The notes: generated by a model not told the origin, from the sequence alone. A stretch of 53,124 nt of DNA from a virus (IMGVR_UViG_3300023091_000001:1-53124), one strand, 5' to 3'; shown: positions 19,554 to 28,246, counted from the stretch's first letter. A program made the numbers and translations.

Positions 19554-20627
19554 ACCGATGCGGATTTCGAGCGCATCTGCCGTTCCCACGCGTAACCCTT
19601 CGAGACCTTCGAGTCCATACGTAAGCACGTGTGGCATTTTACCGAGGGATTTCAGCTTCCATGTGTCGAGCTGAAGCATGAACGCGTTCTTCGCGGGGCA
19701 GTTTCTGTCAGCGATGACAGTCATCTTCCCGGTCTGACCGCTGAGCTGTATCCCTTCGAAAGAGATATCAACTTCGTCATGTTTCACGTCAACATACTGG
19801 ATCTTCGCACCCAACGACTTCTCAAGGCTGGCATAAGAGACTGGGTTAATGAAAACATAGTCACTTGATGCACCCATGAGGTACATTTGGGCGTTCAGGT
19901 CGATCAGAGCTTCCTCGATGGGCCTATCATTCAGAACCTGATAGACACCAGAAAGCCTTTGGTCGGCTGAGCGGTTAACATTCCAGAACGAGTCAGTGCT
20001 TGCGACAGAGGTCGGAATCCACGCGGCCATTCCAGAAATCTTCAGGAAGGAGCCTGTGGTCGACGCACCAGCCGCTGGCAAATCACCGTCCACGCTGATG
20101 AAGCTGAGGGCGGCCCAGTTGCCTGACAATGAGCTGGAGACTGAGGTGCTGGAGATACCAGTCACGATGCCATTGATTCGGTCAATGCCCGTGATCTGAA
20201 CGGTGTCGGCTGAAGGAGCGCTGCCGTCGGTCGCAGACGCGACGAGCAACATTCCGACTTCCAACTTCGTGGTATCGGCGGCGTTTGTGATTGTGAAAAC
20301 TACAACGTTGGTTGCACCTGAGGTGGTCGGAGCAGCCGCGATTTGGGCGCGGGTTCCTGTGCCGTCACCAAACAGATCGGACGCGAGGTCGTTCGTGATA
20401 TTCCGAAAACCAGTGTCCATGTGGAGTTTGCATTCATCCACGAATGCGCCAGCGTTGTCCTTGGTGGCTTCGAGAAGTTCGTTCGTGATCGAAACAACTT
20501 CGTAGTTGCTGACACGATAAACCAGGAAGCTCGCCACGGCAGCGGCGGTCTGTTGTGATTGGGCGTTACTGAACGTTGCACTACGGCCCTGTGGGGCACC
20601 GTATACTAGGGGCACTGGGAAATACTT
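19554..20627 (-). CDS. Major capsid protein, exon 2
   Basis: 358 codons from KYFPVPLVYG to ADALEIRIG. Capsid-like content; follows the scaffold gene. Confidence 0.9.
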
Positions 20628-21345
20628 CAAATATCAGCTAGTTAGCTGACTTTGTTATCGCCGGGGCTCTTTATCCCAGGCTTCTTAAACTTCTTTAAGT
20701 ATGCGGCTAATTGTTCAATCATTTCGAGACTATCTTGCATATATCCTAATGCTGGATTACACCGATCACACAATAAAGCTCTCACGACTCCAGTCTGATG
20801 ATCGTGATCTACAGCAAATTTGCGTTTCATTTGGTCTTGCACGATTCCACATGATGCACAACATCCGTTTTGAGCATTAAACATGGTATTGTACTGCTCA
20901 ACACTAATCCCGTAATGCCGTTTTAAATCATGCTTAAAATACGTTTGTTTTCGACTTTCTGGATGCTTGGCATTCCAAGCGAGTCTAAATTCACGTTTAC
21001 AGGATTTACATTGGCTGTTGAACCCATCGGAATGTTGCTTATCTTTGTGAAAAGCGCTAGTCTCTTTTTCTATCTTACACTTGCTACATACTTTTAGTTT
21101 AAGTTCAGAGCACATTTTTTGACCTCCACCATCTACAAAGGTATCACATATCATCCGATACCGCAATACTTTTGTTTCGGTCTCAGTCAATCGGACACTC
21201 TTGGGAGCATTATATTCTGGCATTGCCAGGGTCAACTCCTGCTCGTTACGCTGATTATGTCTTTTTACTTCCATAATTTAGCTCGGTATTTGCATCTCAG
21301 CATTCACCGATTTTGTCCAATTTAACGTTGGCAAGTTTATCGTTC
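20628..21345 (-). ncRNA. Group I intron 1 (718 nt, IA-like) with a homing endonuclease ORF in P9
   Basis: P1 GUUGGU/GCCAAC; P10 ACUU/AAGU; P AAAUCGGUGAA; Q AAUACCGAGC; P3 AAUUGGACA/UGUCCGAUU; P7 GAGCA/UGCUC; terminal G at 20628. Confidence 0.93.
20642..21115 (-). CDS. Intron-encoded EndoVII-family homing endonuclease (157 aa)
   Basis: GGAGGT RBS then MCSELKLKVCSKC..CKSC, followed by QNGCCASC..VDHDHQTGVVRALLCDRCNPALG. Confidence 0.9.
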   Translation of the reverse strand: MCSELKLKVCSKCKIEKETSAFHKDKQHSDGFNSQCKSCKREFRLAWNAKHPESRKQTYFKHDLKRHYGISVEQYNTMFNAQNGCCASCGIVQDQMKRKFAVDHDHQTGVVRALLCDRCNPALGYMQDSLEMIEQLAAYLKKFKKPGIKSPGDNKVS

Positions 21346-21498
21346 ACCAACAAACCCTTGGGTTGATTCGTCCTTAGGGACTAGAGCCAAAAACGGATTC
21401 CGTTTAAAGATCAGGTCCTTCATGACGTAACTGGGATCGTCGTATAGTTCCTTCAGTGCCGCGATTTGGTTACTAACATTGGCATATACAGCAGCCAT
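21346..21498 (-). CDS. Major capsid protein, exon 1 (spliced product 429 aa)
   Basis: GAGGA RBS; reads MAAVYANVSNQIAALKELYDDPSYVMKDLIFKRNPFLALVPKDESTQGFVG (51 aa). Absent from the ORF track. Confidence 0.9.
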
Positions 21499-21559
21499 GT
21501 GATGTATCCTCGCACTGAGCTAGTCCTATATTCAGCACCATGCTAAATATCTGACATCG

Positions 21560-22630
21560 CTATGATTTTAACTGTCCATTGAATGCTGCAATTGCCCGTG
21601 CTCGTCGCTCTTCCATCGTCAATGGAGGTCTATGTGATGACTGCGCTATGCTGTGCGATAGAGTGCGACTTGGTTGCTGCTGGGGAGTAACTGGCTGATT
21701 CCCTGAGTCCGGCTGCGCCAGGGGAGCTAACTTCGACTTCACTTTGTCTAGTGAAGCCATCCGGATTGCTTCGTCGAGTAAGTACGTTTCGACTTCCTTG
21801 CAAGCATCCTCGGTTGTCAGCAAAACGCCATCACTGTCGAACGTTTGCTTTATTAACTCGACAACGCTTTCTTCTGCGCTCATCGCCTTTATGGTCGCGA
21901 AATCATTGTTTCTTTCGACCTGAACTTTAACGTCGTTCCTGACTTGATTAAGCGCGTTCTCGTAAGCTGTTTGCTGCGAGTTTTTCCACTCTTGCTGCGT
22001 CGACTCTTGGCTCTTTTGGATCTTGGCTATCTCAGACTTGAGTTCCGCAATCTGCTTCGCTTCTGGCGAGGGCGGATTGAGGAGTGATTCGGTCAGACGG
22101 TTGTAGTCAATCCCATGCTGTTGCAGAGTTCCCAAAGTGTCCTGTTGTAGTTGTCGAATGACTTCGGCTCTGGCTTCTTCACGAATCGTTTGCTCACGAG
22201 TTTGAAAGGCCTTTTCCCTAGCGTCGATATCGGCTTTCTCTTGCCGCATTTGCTTTTCCCTTCGGGCAAGGGCTGCAAATCTAGCTGAGTCAGCGGGAGG
22301 TTGAGGCTTGCTTGTTACCGGTGTCGCTGCTTTCGGTTCCTCACTAGGGGCGGAAACTTGTGGTACGGAACTCGGCTCCCCTGATTTCGCCGTAGATGCC
22401 CCTACAATCGACGCCGATGTTTCCTGAGTAGGTTGAGTAGGGCTGGACGCTCCGGATGCACTGGCGACCCCTTCTGACGCAATTGCTGGGGTACTGGGCG
22501 CTGGGGCCGTGGGCGGCGGTGTTGGGTGCGCGGTGTGTTTCTGTGTGTGGGCTTGGATGGTAGCGTTCGGAAGACCGCTGCGGCCAGGGGCCACTTCCGT
22601 GTGTGCGCTACGTGATGTAACGATTGGCAT
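21560..22630 (-). CDS. Capsid scaffolding protein
   Basis: P/A/S-rich N-terminus, coiled coil, C-terminal EERRARAIAAF; immediately upstream of the MCP gene; AAGGAG RBS. Confidence 0.8.
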   Translation of the reverse strand: MPIVTSRSAHTEVAPGRSGLPNATIQAHTQKHTAHPTPPPTAPAPSTPAIASEGVASASGASSPTQPTQETSASIVGASTAKSGEPSSVPQVSAPSEEPKAATPVTSKPQPPADSARFAALARREKQMRQEKADIDAREKAFQTREQTIREEARAEVIRQLQQDTLGTLQQHGIDYNRLTESLLNPPSPEAKQIAELKSEIAKIQKSQESTQQEWKNSQQTAYENALNQVRNDVKVQVERNNDFATIKAMSAEESVVELIKQTFDSDGVLLTTEDACKEVETYLLDEAIRMASLDKVKSKLAPLAQPDSGNQPVTPQQQPSRTLSHSIAQSSHRPPLTMEERRARAIAAFNGQLKS

Positions 22631-22806
22631 AAATAGCTCTCCTTAAGTTTTGTGTTGCTAGCTTGCCGCAATTCAGGTGCGACGCCTGGAATGCACAAAT
22701 TGTGAATTCATGAAAGGCAGTATGTGTGTGTATTTGCCTTATATGCGTTATGCGCCGCCGCAGGGCTCGGGGGGAGAGGAAATGAGAGTAGGGCGGCCAA
22801 CTCAAC

Positions 22807-22893
22807 TAGTAATATATACTCAATATCGCGTAGTTAAGTAGTGAAGCCTTTATATACTACTTAGTAATATATACATACTCAATATCGCGTAGT
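22807..22893. repeat. Imperfect direct repeat pair with an intervening inverted repeat
   Basis: TAGTAATATA(TACA)TACTCAATATCGCGTAGT at 22807 and 22862, with TAAGTAGT...ACTACTTA between them. Confidence 0.8.
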
Positions 22894-22951
22894 ACAGCTA
22901 TTAAGCTCGAAATCACTTGCAATCCACAACGAAATAAGTTAGTATTAATTC

Positions 22952-23239
22952 ATGGTCGAACAAGAAAAGCCTAAATCGTTCGACCAGCGGAATTCTCGGA
23001 GGAGCACGATGTCCCGAAAATCGAATCAAAAACAGAACAAAGCGGGTTTCACAAAAACTTGCCGGACGTGTAGAGCTAAGTTGCCTCTTGAAAAATTTTT
23101 TTACTCGGAGCTTACGGGGGACTACCGTTGGGCGAACTGCGCCAAGTGCGCTGCAGCTAATATTGCTAACGAAAAGTACGGCTCCCTGGAAACGCAGGAG
23201 TTGTGGTTTCATAGATTGGACTGGTTACTACTTGGGTAG
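22952..23239 (+). CDS. Zinc-finger protein (CxxC...CxxC)
   Basis: KTCRTC..LEKFFY..NCAKC resembles the Zn modules of the endonucleases, but there is no nuclease domain. Confidence 0.55.
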   Translation: MVEQEKPKSFDQRNSRRSTMSRKSNQKQNKAGFTKTCRTCRAKLPLEKFFYSELTGDYRWANCAKCAAANIANEKYGSLETQELWFHRLDWLLLG

Positions 23240-23248
23240 GAGGTTTTT

Positions 23249-23857
23249 ATGCCAGGACACGCATTAGGTCGCGTAGCAATTTATCTGCGCTGCAGCACAA
23301 ACGAACAAACCACGGATTCCCAGCGGGTCGAGCTGCAGGAGTACGTTGCTCATCGCATGTACGCTACTTTGGAAATTTTTGATGACGCTGGCCACTCCGG
23401 GGCTTCAACCAATCGTCCGGAAATGAAACGGCTGATGAAACTGGCTCGTGAGCGGAAGATTGATACCGTGGTAGTATACAAACTCGACCGCTGGTTTCGC
23501 TCTCTGAGTGAGACCGTGTGGACCCTGAAAGAGTTGACCGAGTTGGGGATTTCGTTTATCGCTCTAAAAGACCAGATTGATTTAACCACTGCGGTCGGAA
23601 GGCTGACTGCAAATATGCTAGCGAGCTTTGCGGAGTTCGAGCGCGAGATTATTTCCGAACGAGTTCGAAGCGGGTTGAAGGCGGCTAAAGCTAAGGGCAA
23701 GCGCTTGGGGGCGAAACCCAAAGACGTGGACATGACGCAAGCTCGTGCTCTGATTGCGTCCGGTAAGTCTTACGGAGAGACTGCTAAGATTACGGGACTA
23801 CCGGCTAATTTTATCTATCGCCGACTAAATCCCAAGGCTCCAGAGACTGTGGAGTGA
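23249..23857 (+). CDS. Small serine recombinase (resolvase/invertase family)
   Basis: YLRCST catalytic Ser, SGA..RP, VYKLDRWFRS, AEFEREIISERVRSGL..AK.KG..LG, C-terminal HTH; GGAGG RBS. Confidence 0.95.
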   Translation: MPGHALGRVAIYLRCSTNEQTTDSQRVELQEYVAHRMYATLEIFDDAGHSGASTNRPEMKRLMKLARERKIDTVVVYKLDRWFRSLSETVWTLKELTELGISFIALKDQIDLTTAVGRLTANMLASFAEFEREIISERVRSGLKAAKAKGKRLGAKPKDVDMTQARALIASGKSYGETAKITGLPANFIYRRLNPKAPETVE

Positions 23858-23933
23858 ACTGATTCTAATTTTCATTCCTACGAAAATATAATTTGTTATT
23901 TTGTAAATACCTGATATCACTCTTCTATAAAAT

Positions 23934-23961
23934 TTGACATCTTAAAATTGACCTCTAAAAT
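23934..23961 (+). promoter_or_regulatory. Putative sigma70 promoter
   Basis: TTGACA-N16-TAAAAT. Confidence 0.45.
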
Positions 23962-24371
23962 TTCTAGGCTGGAGTTTGCAGTGATCGAGGTCTTTTGAGA
24001 TCACAAACCCGGTCCTACCCCTCCCCCTCCCCCGGTGGGGCCTCTCCGCTTGTGTGTCCGCAAACATCCCGCTCTCTCGCGTGTGCAAATACCTTACACA
24101 ACCTGCGTTCATTCTATTAACCCCGTGCATTCGCAAGCCTGACACTTGTGCCTGGTACTTTCAATCTACATACTATGTTCTGCGGGATGCGGCCGTGTGT
24201 TACAATGCCCAAGGCTCAGCGTCAAACAGTTAGGGAATGTGAATGTATTGGCTGTAAAGTCACGTGGATTATAAGGCATTGTACGTTAAATGAGGTTATA
24301 GCCTTACTTTAGGGCTAATTTAGATGTGATGTGTTCAATCAAGGCTTAAAGTGAAAGGTACGCATCAAAGT

Positions 24372-24455
24372 TGATGCATATTATGATGCATATTATGATG
24401 CGTATTATGATGCATATTATGATGTGTATTACTATGCGTATTATGATGCATATCA
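24372..24455. repeat. Tandem 12-bp repeat, 7 copies (TGATGCATATTA consensus)
   Basis: Seven consecutive near-identical units in a non-coding region. Confidence 0.9.
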
Positions 24456-24792
24456 ACCTTCATATTCCATGCATATCAGTACACCCTCTACATGCACATC
24501 ACTACACACATTTTCAGCTGGTTTATGCACACACACACACGCGCGCGCAACTGCACTACACTGCTATATAAGTATACCACAATTAAACTGCTGTACATGT
24601 ATACCATCCTCATACCAATAGCTCGCTGTACATCAAACGCTTCACACCCAATGCAATTGTGGCAATCAGCACAATGCTGCATACCAACTTGACATTGTAC
24701 ACTACTCGCACATCACGCACGACGCACGCACAAACTGCAATTGTGGTGTCTAAAACTTCACGCATTCACACAATTGGGTGTGCGTGGCGGAT

Positions 24793-24808
24793 TGGCATGG
24801 CGGATGCA
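24793..24808 (+). promoter_or_regulatory. Putative sigma54 (-24/-12) promoter of the early gene block
   Basis: TGGCATGGCGGATGCA (GG-N10-GC), about 47 nt upstream of ATG 24855. Confidence 0.5.
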
Positions 24809-24854
24809 ATACTTGTTTAATAGAACAGACGCACACGAACACGGGAGATTCATT

Positions 24855-25037
24855 ATGATTATAATTGCGTTAATATCGACAGTTTGCTTGATTCAGGCTA
24901 TACGGACGATGCATATCAGCCATCTTGCAGAGCGCGAACACAGACGCATCGACGCTGAATGCGCAAAAGCCCTTCGACTAGGGTTGTACAATCGCCGCAG
25001 TATTGCACATCATTACACGATAACCGATACGAAGTAA
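24855..25037 (+). CDS. Small membrane protein (60 aa)
   Basis: GGGAG RBS; hydrophobic N-terminus MIIIALISTVCLI. Confidence 0.6.
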   Translation: MIIIALISTVCLIQAIRTMHISHLAEREHRRIDAECAKALRLGLYNRRSIAHHYTITDTK

Positions 25038-25047
25038 GGAGTTTAAT

Positions 25048-25140
25048 ATGAGTGCATTTACAGTATTCTGTATCTTGGTCATACTCGGATGTTGGAAGAG
25101 CGACGTGCAAGATTCAATAGAGCGGTTAAACCGCAAGTAA
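25048..25140 (+). CDS. Small membrane peptide (30 aa)
   Basis: AAGGAG RBS; MSAFTVFCILVILGCWKSDVQDSIERLNRK. Confidence 0.55.
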   Translation: MSAFTVFCILVILGCWKSDVQDSIERLNRK

Positions 25141-25152
25141 GGGAGCCGACTG

Positions 25153-25242
25153 ATGATTATCTTGGCAACCGCATACAGCGCATTCTGGATTACATGGTTC
25201 TTATTTGATTGGGCTTGTGACTGGTATTGGCCCAAATATTAA
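25153..25242 (+). CDS. Small Trp-rich membrane peptide (29 aa)
   Basis: GGGAG RBS; MIILATAYSAFWITWFLFDWACDWYWPKY. Confidence 0.5.
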   Translation: MIILATAYSAFWITWFLFDWACDWYWPKY

Positions 25243-25257
25243 AGAAAGGAACATAAT

Positions 25258-25788
25258 ATGAAAAGAGTAACTTATAAACAAGCCTGTAAAGGACTAGAAC
25301 TTTGGGAGCGTGCGGATAACTACACTGGTCCTGACTTGGGAGAATACTTCACTGGTCCCGGTCGGTCACGTGATTCTCAGTCACTAGAAGAATCTAACTT
25401 TGCAAGTGCCCTTGAACGATTGGGTGGGGAACACGAAGGTGTTGAGGTGCATAGATTTGGGCATTGGGGTTGCGGCTGGATTGAACAAATACTAGTCCAC
25501 AAGTCTAACAAGAAAGCTGTGATAGAGTTATATAAGATTAAGAAAGATTTAGAGAACTATCCCGTGCTCAACGATTTAGACTACAGTGAACGTGAGGGTG
25601 ATGACCTAACTGAATATGTATCTAACTGCCACGGAGAATTAGATGCGAAACAACAGCGCGCGTTCATTGACGCTGTATACGACTTAGGGTGTGACTACAC
25701 TGACGCAGACGGCTCTATTTATATAAGAAAAGCCGATGTTGCGCGCGCATATGCACTTATCGGCTATAACCCAATTGAAAATAAGTAA
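25258..25788 (+). CDS. Phage early hypothetical protein
   Basis: AAAGGA RBS; RDS..LEESNF, HWGCGWIE and YPVL motifs. Confidence 0.75.
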   Translation: MKRVTYKQACKGLELWERADNYTGPDLGEYFTGPGRSRDSQSLEESNFASALERLGGEHEGVEVHRFGHWGCGWIEQILVHKSNKKAVIELYKIKKDLENYPVLNDLDYSEREGDDLTEYVSNCHGELDAKQQRAFIDAVYDLGCDYTDADGSIYIRKADVARAYALIGYNPIENK

Positions 25789-25797
25789 GGAGATGAT

Positions 25798-26334
25798 ATG
25801 AATACACACAATAAACTTAAGTTACAGGCTTGGACCGATAATCTATCGAAACTGAAGAAGGAATTTATTACAGAGAGTTCGAAGCTCGAAACAGCCATAG
25901 CGGATATCTGGGGCGCAACATATAACAACTCTGCAAGTTTACATCAAGATATCCATAACCTCAACAAGTCGAACGAATATGGATGCGACGACATGGGCAT
26001 ATACAGCTGGGTACGCCTCGAAAAGTTTGAGTTGCCCACCGACCCAGCGGCTCTTAAGGCACTTGAGAATTATTTAAACGATTGTGGCTATGGTGTAGAT
26101 GTAGAGAACAAAGCTCTACTAGAGTACCAATGTCAGAACATCCAGATAAATGAGGACGGTGACGTATTCGATACCGACTCCGGCAAGTTTGTGATTCAAT
26201 CTAACGAATACGCGACTCGGAGAGAGCGCAATGCACTTATATTGGCGTATATGAAAATCCAGGGCGTCTGTTATCCAGTATTCCGCGTAGACAATTATGG
26301 CACCGTTAACCGTATCGACATAACCAAGAAATGA
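25798..26334 (+). CDS. Hypothetical early protein
   Basis: AAGGAG RBS, 178 aa. Confidence 0.75.
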   Translation: MNTHNKLKLQAWTDNLSKLKKEFITESSKLETAIADIWGATYNNSASLHQDIHNLNKSNEYGCDDMGIYSWVRLEKFELPTDPAALKALENYLNDCGYGVDVENKALLEYQCQNIQINEDGDVFDTDSGKFVIQSNEYATRRERNALILAYMKIQGVCYPVFRVDNYGTVNRIDITKK

Positions 26335-26342
26335 GGTGATTT

Positions 26343-26603
26343 ATGATACATAATGCATTCAAAGTATTCTACGTGCAAAAGGATGGTAGATTGACTCATA
26401 CTACGTGGTATGTGGAGACTGACGCAGAGGCTATAAATTGTGTACTGGAACATTTTCACCGCACAGAGCCTGTATTCCTTAAGGTTATCCCAGTTACAGT
26501 GTGTCAAGGTTGCCATAAAACAGTACTATCGGTCGATGCGTCGAAGATGCAATGTAAGAGCTGCAATCAGCTTGATATGGAACTTGAAGACATGATGGAG
26601 TAA
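26343..26603 (+). CDS. Hypothetical protein with C-terminal Zn ribbon
   Basis: CQGC...CKSC; GAGGTG RBS. Confidence 0.7.
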   Translation: MIHNAFKVFYVQKDGRLTHTTWYVETDAEAINCVLEHFHRTEPVFLKVIPVTVCQGCHKTVLSVDASKMQCKSCNQLDMELEDMME

Positions 26604-26650
26604 TGGATACAAAGGTGAATTAGGTTTTATTTATAAAGAATGGGTGATTT

Positions 26651-27346
26651 ATGAGAAATATATCTAAAGAAGAATTGGCTGTAATACTCAAAAATCATCG
26701 GGATTGGCTACGGGACAATTCTAAAGGAATTCGCGCCAACTTGAGCGGTGCCGACTTGAGCGGTGCCGACTTGAGACGTGCCGACTTGTGGGATGCCGAC
26801 TTGTGGGATGCCGACTTGAGACGTGTCAACTTGAGCTATGCCAACTTGCGCTGTGCCAACTTGCGCTGTGCCAACTTGAGCTGTGCCAACTTGAGCTGTG
26901 CCAACTTGAGTGGTGCCGACTTGAGCTATGCCAACTTTAGCGGTGCCGACTTGAGCTATGCTAACTTGAGTCGCTCCAACTTGAGCGGTGTCATTGGATT
27001 AGATAGGCGCAGCATAGTTCCAGAAGCTGGTCAATTCATTGCATATAAGAAAGTAGAGGATGATGACTGTAATAAGTATATATTGACACTATTGGTATCC
27101 AAACATTCACCTAGAATTGGCGGTCTTACTGAAAGAAAATGTAGGGTTCAGAGAGTTAAAGTGCTCAAGGCTGAGACTTTAGATGGCAAGACAACGTCAC
27201 TTACTAGATTTTACTCCTCACATACCCGTGATTTTCAATACCATGTGGGACAGTGGGTTAAGTCTAGTTTCAATCGGGACATTCGCGAAGTGTGCACGTC
27301 AGGCATTCATTGTTTTATAACGAAACAGGAAGCGATTGATTATTAA
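26651..27346 (+). CDS. Pentapeptide-repeat protein
   Basis: About 17 A(D/N)Lxx repeats encoded by a 15-bp DNA array (about 26733-26990); C-terminal CTSGIHCF domain. Confidence 0.9.
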   Translation: MRNISKEELAVILKNHRDWLRDNSKGIRANLSGADLSGADLRRADLWDADLWDADLRRVNLSYANLRCANLRCANLSCANLSCANLSGADLSYANFSGADLSYANLSRSNLSGVIGLDRRSIVPEAGQFIAYKKVEDDDCNKYILTLLVSKHSPRIGGLTERKCRVQRVKVLKAETLDGKTTSLTRFYSSHTRDFQYHVGQWVKSSFNRDIREVCTSGIHCFITKQEAIDY

Positions 27347-27361
27347 CGAAAGGAACATAAT

Positions 27362-27547
27362 ATGACAAATCTAGAATACCAGAAAGCTGTCAAGATGGTT
27401 GAAGGGTTAGAACAGATACGTGTCGCGGTAGAACGGGCTCATGGGGCAATTCAGTTTGACACTGATGCCTACAAGAATGTTCTAGAATACCTTGAAACTG
27501 AGCTTGAATACTTTGAAGAACAACTAGAAGAAAAGAGGACTGTATGA
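27362..27547 (+). CDS. Hypothetical protein
   Basis: AAAGGA RBS; acidic and helical. Confidence 0.7.
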   Translation: MTNLEYQKAVKMVEGLEQIRVAVERAHGAIQFDTDAYKNVLEYLETELEYFEEQLEEKRTV

Positions 27548-27702
27548 AAGATGATGAACTCCGTATATGCGTTCACTGCCAAGAACCAATCCAAACTGTA
27601 TCGGCGGGCGACGAAATATGGGACTGGTGCGAGTCGTGCCAACTAGTCGAAGGTGGGACTATAACAGTCGATGCCGAACAGTGGGAAAGGGAGGAGATAT
27701 GA
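27544..27702 (+). CDS. Small zinc-finger protein (52 aa; not in ORF track)
   Basis: MKDDELRICVHC..WCESC..; ATGA overlaps at both ends. Confidence 0.7.
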   Translation: MKDDELRICVHCQEPIQTVSAGDEIWDWCESCQLVEGGTITVDAEQWEREEI

Positions 27703-27929
27703 TATACATGTCCATATCATGCCATACAGGTTATGTCAAGTGGTACAATGAGAACAAGGGCTATGGCTTTCTGGAGTCAGAGGGTGAGGACATATTCTTT
27801 CACTACAGCGCGATAGACAAGCCAAATGTAACGCAATACCTTGGCGACATCGAGGGGAAGCCAGTTGCGTTCACACAAGTGGAAGGTCCAAAAGGGCCAC
27901 AAGCGTATACGGTAGAATTCATCGAGTAA
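27699..27929 (+). CDS. csp: Cold-shock domain protein
   Basis: GYVKWYNENKGYGFL (RNP1), DIFFHYSAI (RNP2), GPKGPQA. Start placed at the ATGA overlap. Confidence 0.9.
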   Translation: MIYMSISCHTGYVKWYNENKGYGFLESEGEDIFFHYSAIDKPNVTQYLGDIEGKPVAFTQVEGPKGPQAYTVEFIE

Positions 27930-28026
27930 CAAGCGCCAATGGCCCGAGAATGTACGCGCGTGTGTGAACCCTTAGGTTTATATGACCCTATAATCCACGT
28001 GGATTGCGGAGCCCTTGTAACGCGAA

Positions 28027-28242
28027 ATGGAGGGTACCATGTTTGAAGTCACAGAAATCTACCACGTATACGGCCAAGGGCGTAGATTCAGGATTAGATT
28101 CGTTAACGGCCTGCACGTTAACAGCATCTTTCAGGATGAAGTTGTAACGAAGATTTTCTTAGATAATGAAGTAGTCCTAGACGTCGTAGAGCCTGTGGCC
28201 TATGTCCTGGCATGCATAGAGAAAGATTGTAGAAGGGAGTAA
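28027..28242 (+). CDS. Small protein, FlbD/SwrD-like pattern
   Basis: MFEVTE..FVN..HV.SI...TKIFL....VVEP. Confidence 0.5.
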   Translation: MEGTMFEVTEIYHVYGQGRRFRIRFVNGLHVNSIFQDEVVTKIFLDNEVVLDVVEPVAYVLACIEKDCRRE

Positions 28243-28246
28243 GGGT

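Noticed and set aside
19377-20630. 417-aa ORF as the complete MCP
   Set aside because: Its TTG start is the end of intron 1 and its last 58 aa are intron 2 sequence.
21116-21274. N-terminal extension of the intron endonuclease in the ORF track
   Set aside because: It runs through the ribozyme core; the strong RBS is at ATG 21115.
23249-23857. Phage integrase or transposon
   Set aside because: Too short for a large serine integrase; no transposase, TnpB or terminal inverted repeats adjacent.
24371-24692. ORFs such as MMHIMMHI.. and a possible CRISPR array
   Set aside because: These are translations of a tandem repeat. The units are contiguous with no unique spacers, and no cas genes are present.
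27567-27698. N-terminal extension of the cold-shock protein
   Set aside because: The region is better explained by the ATGA-coupled Zn-finger ORF 27544..27702.
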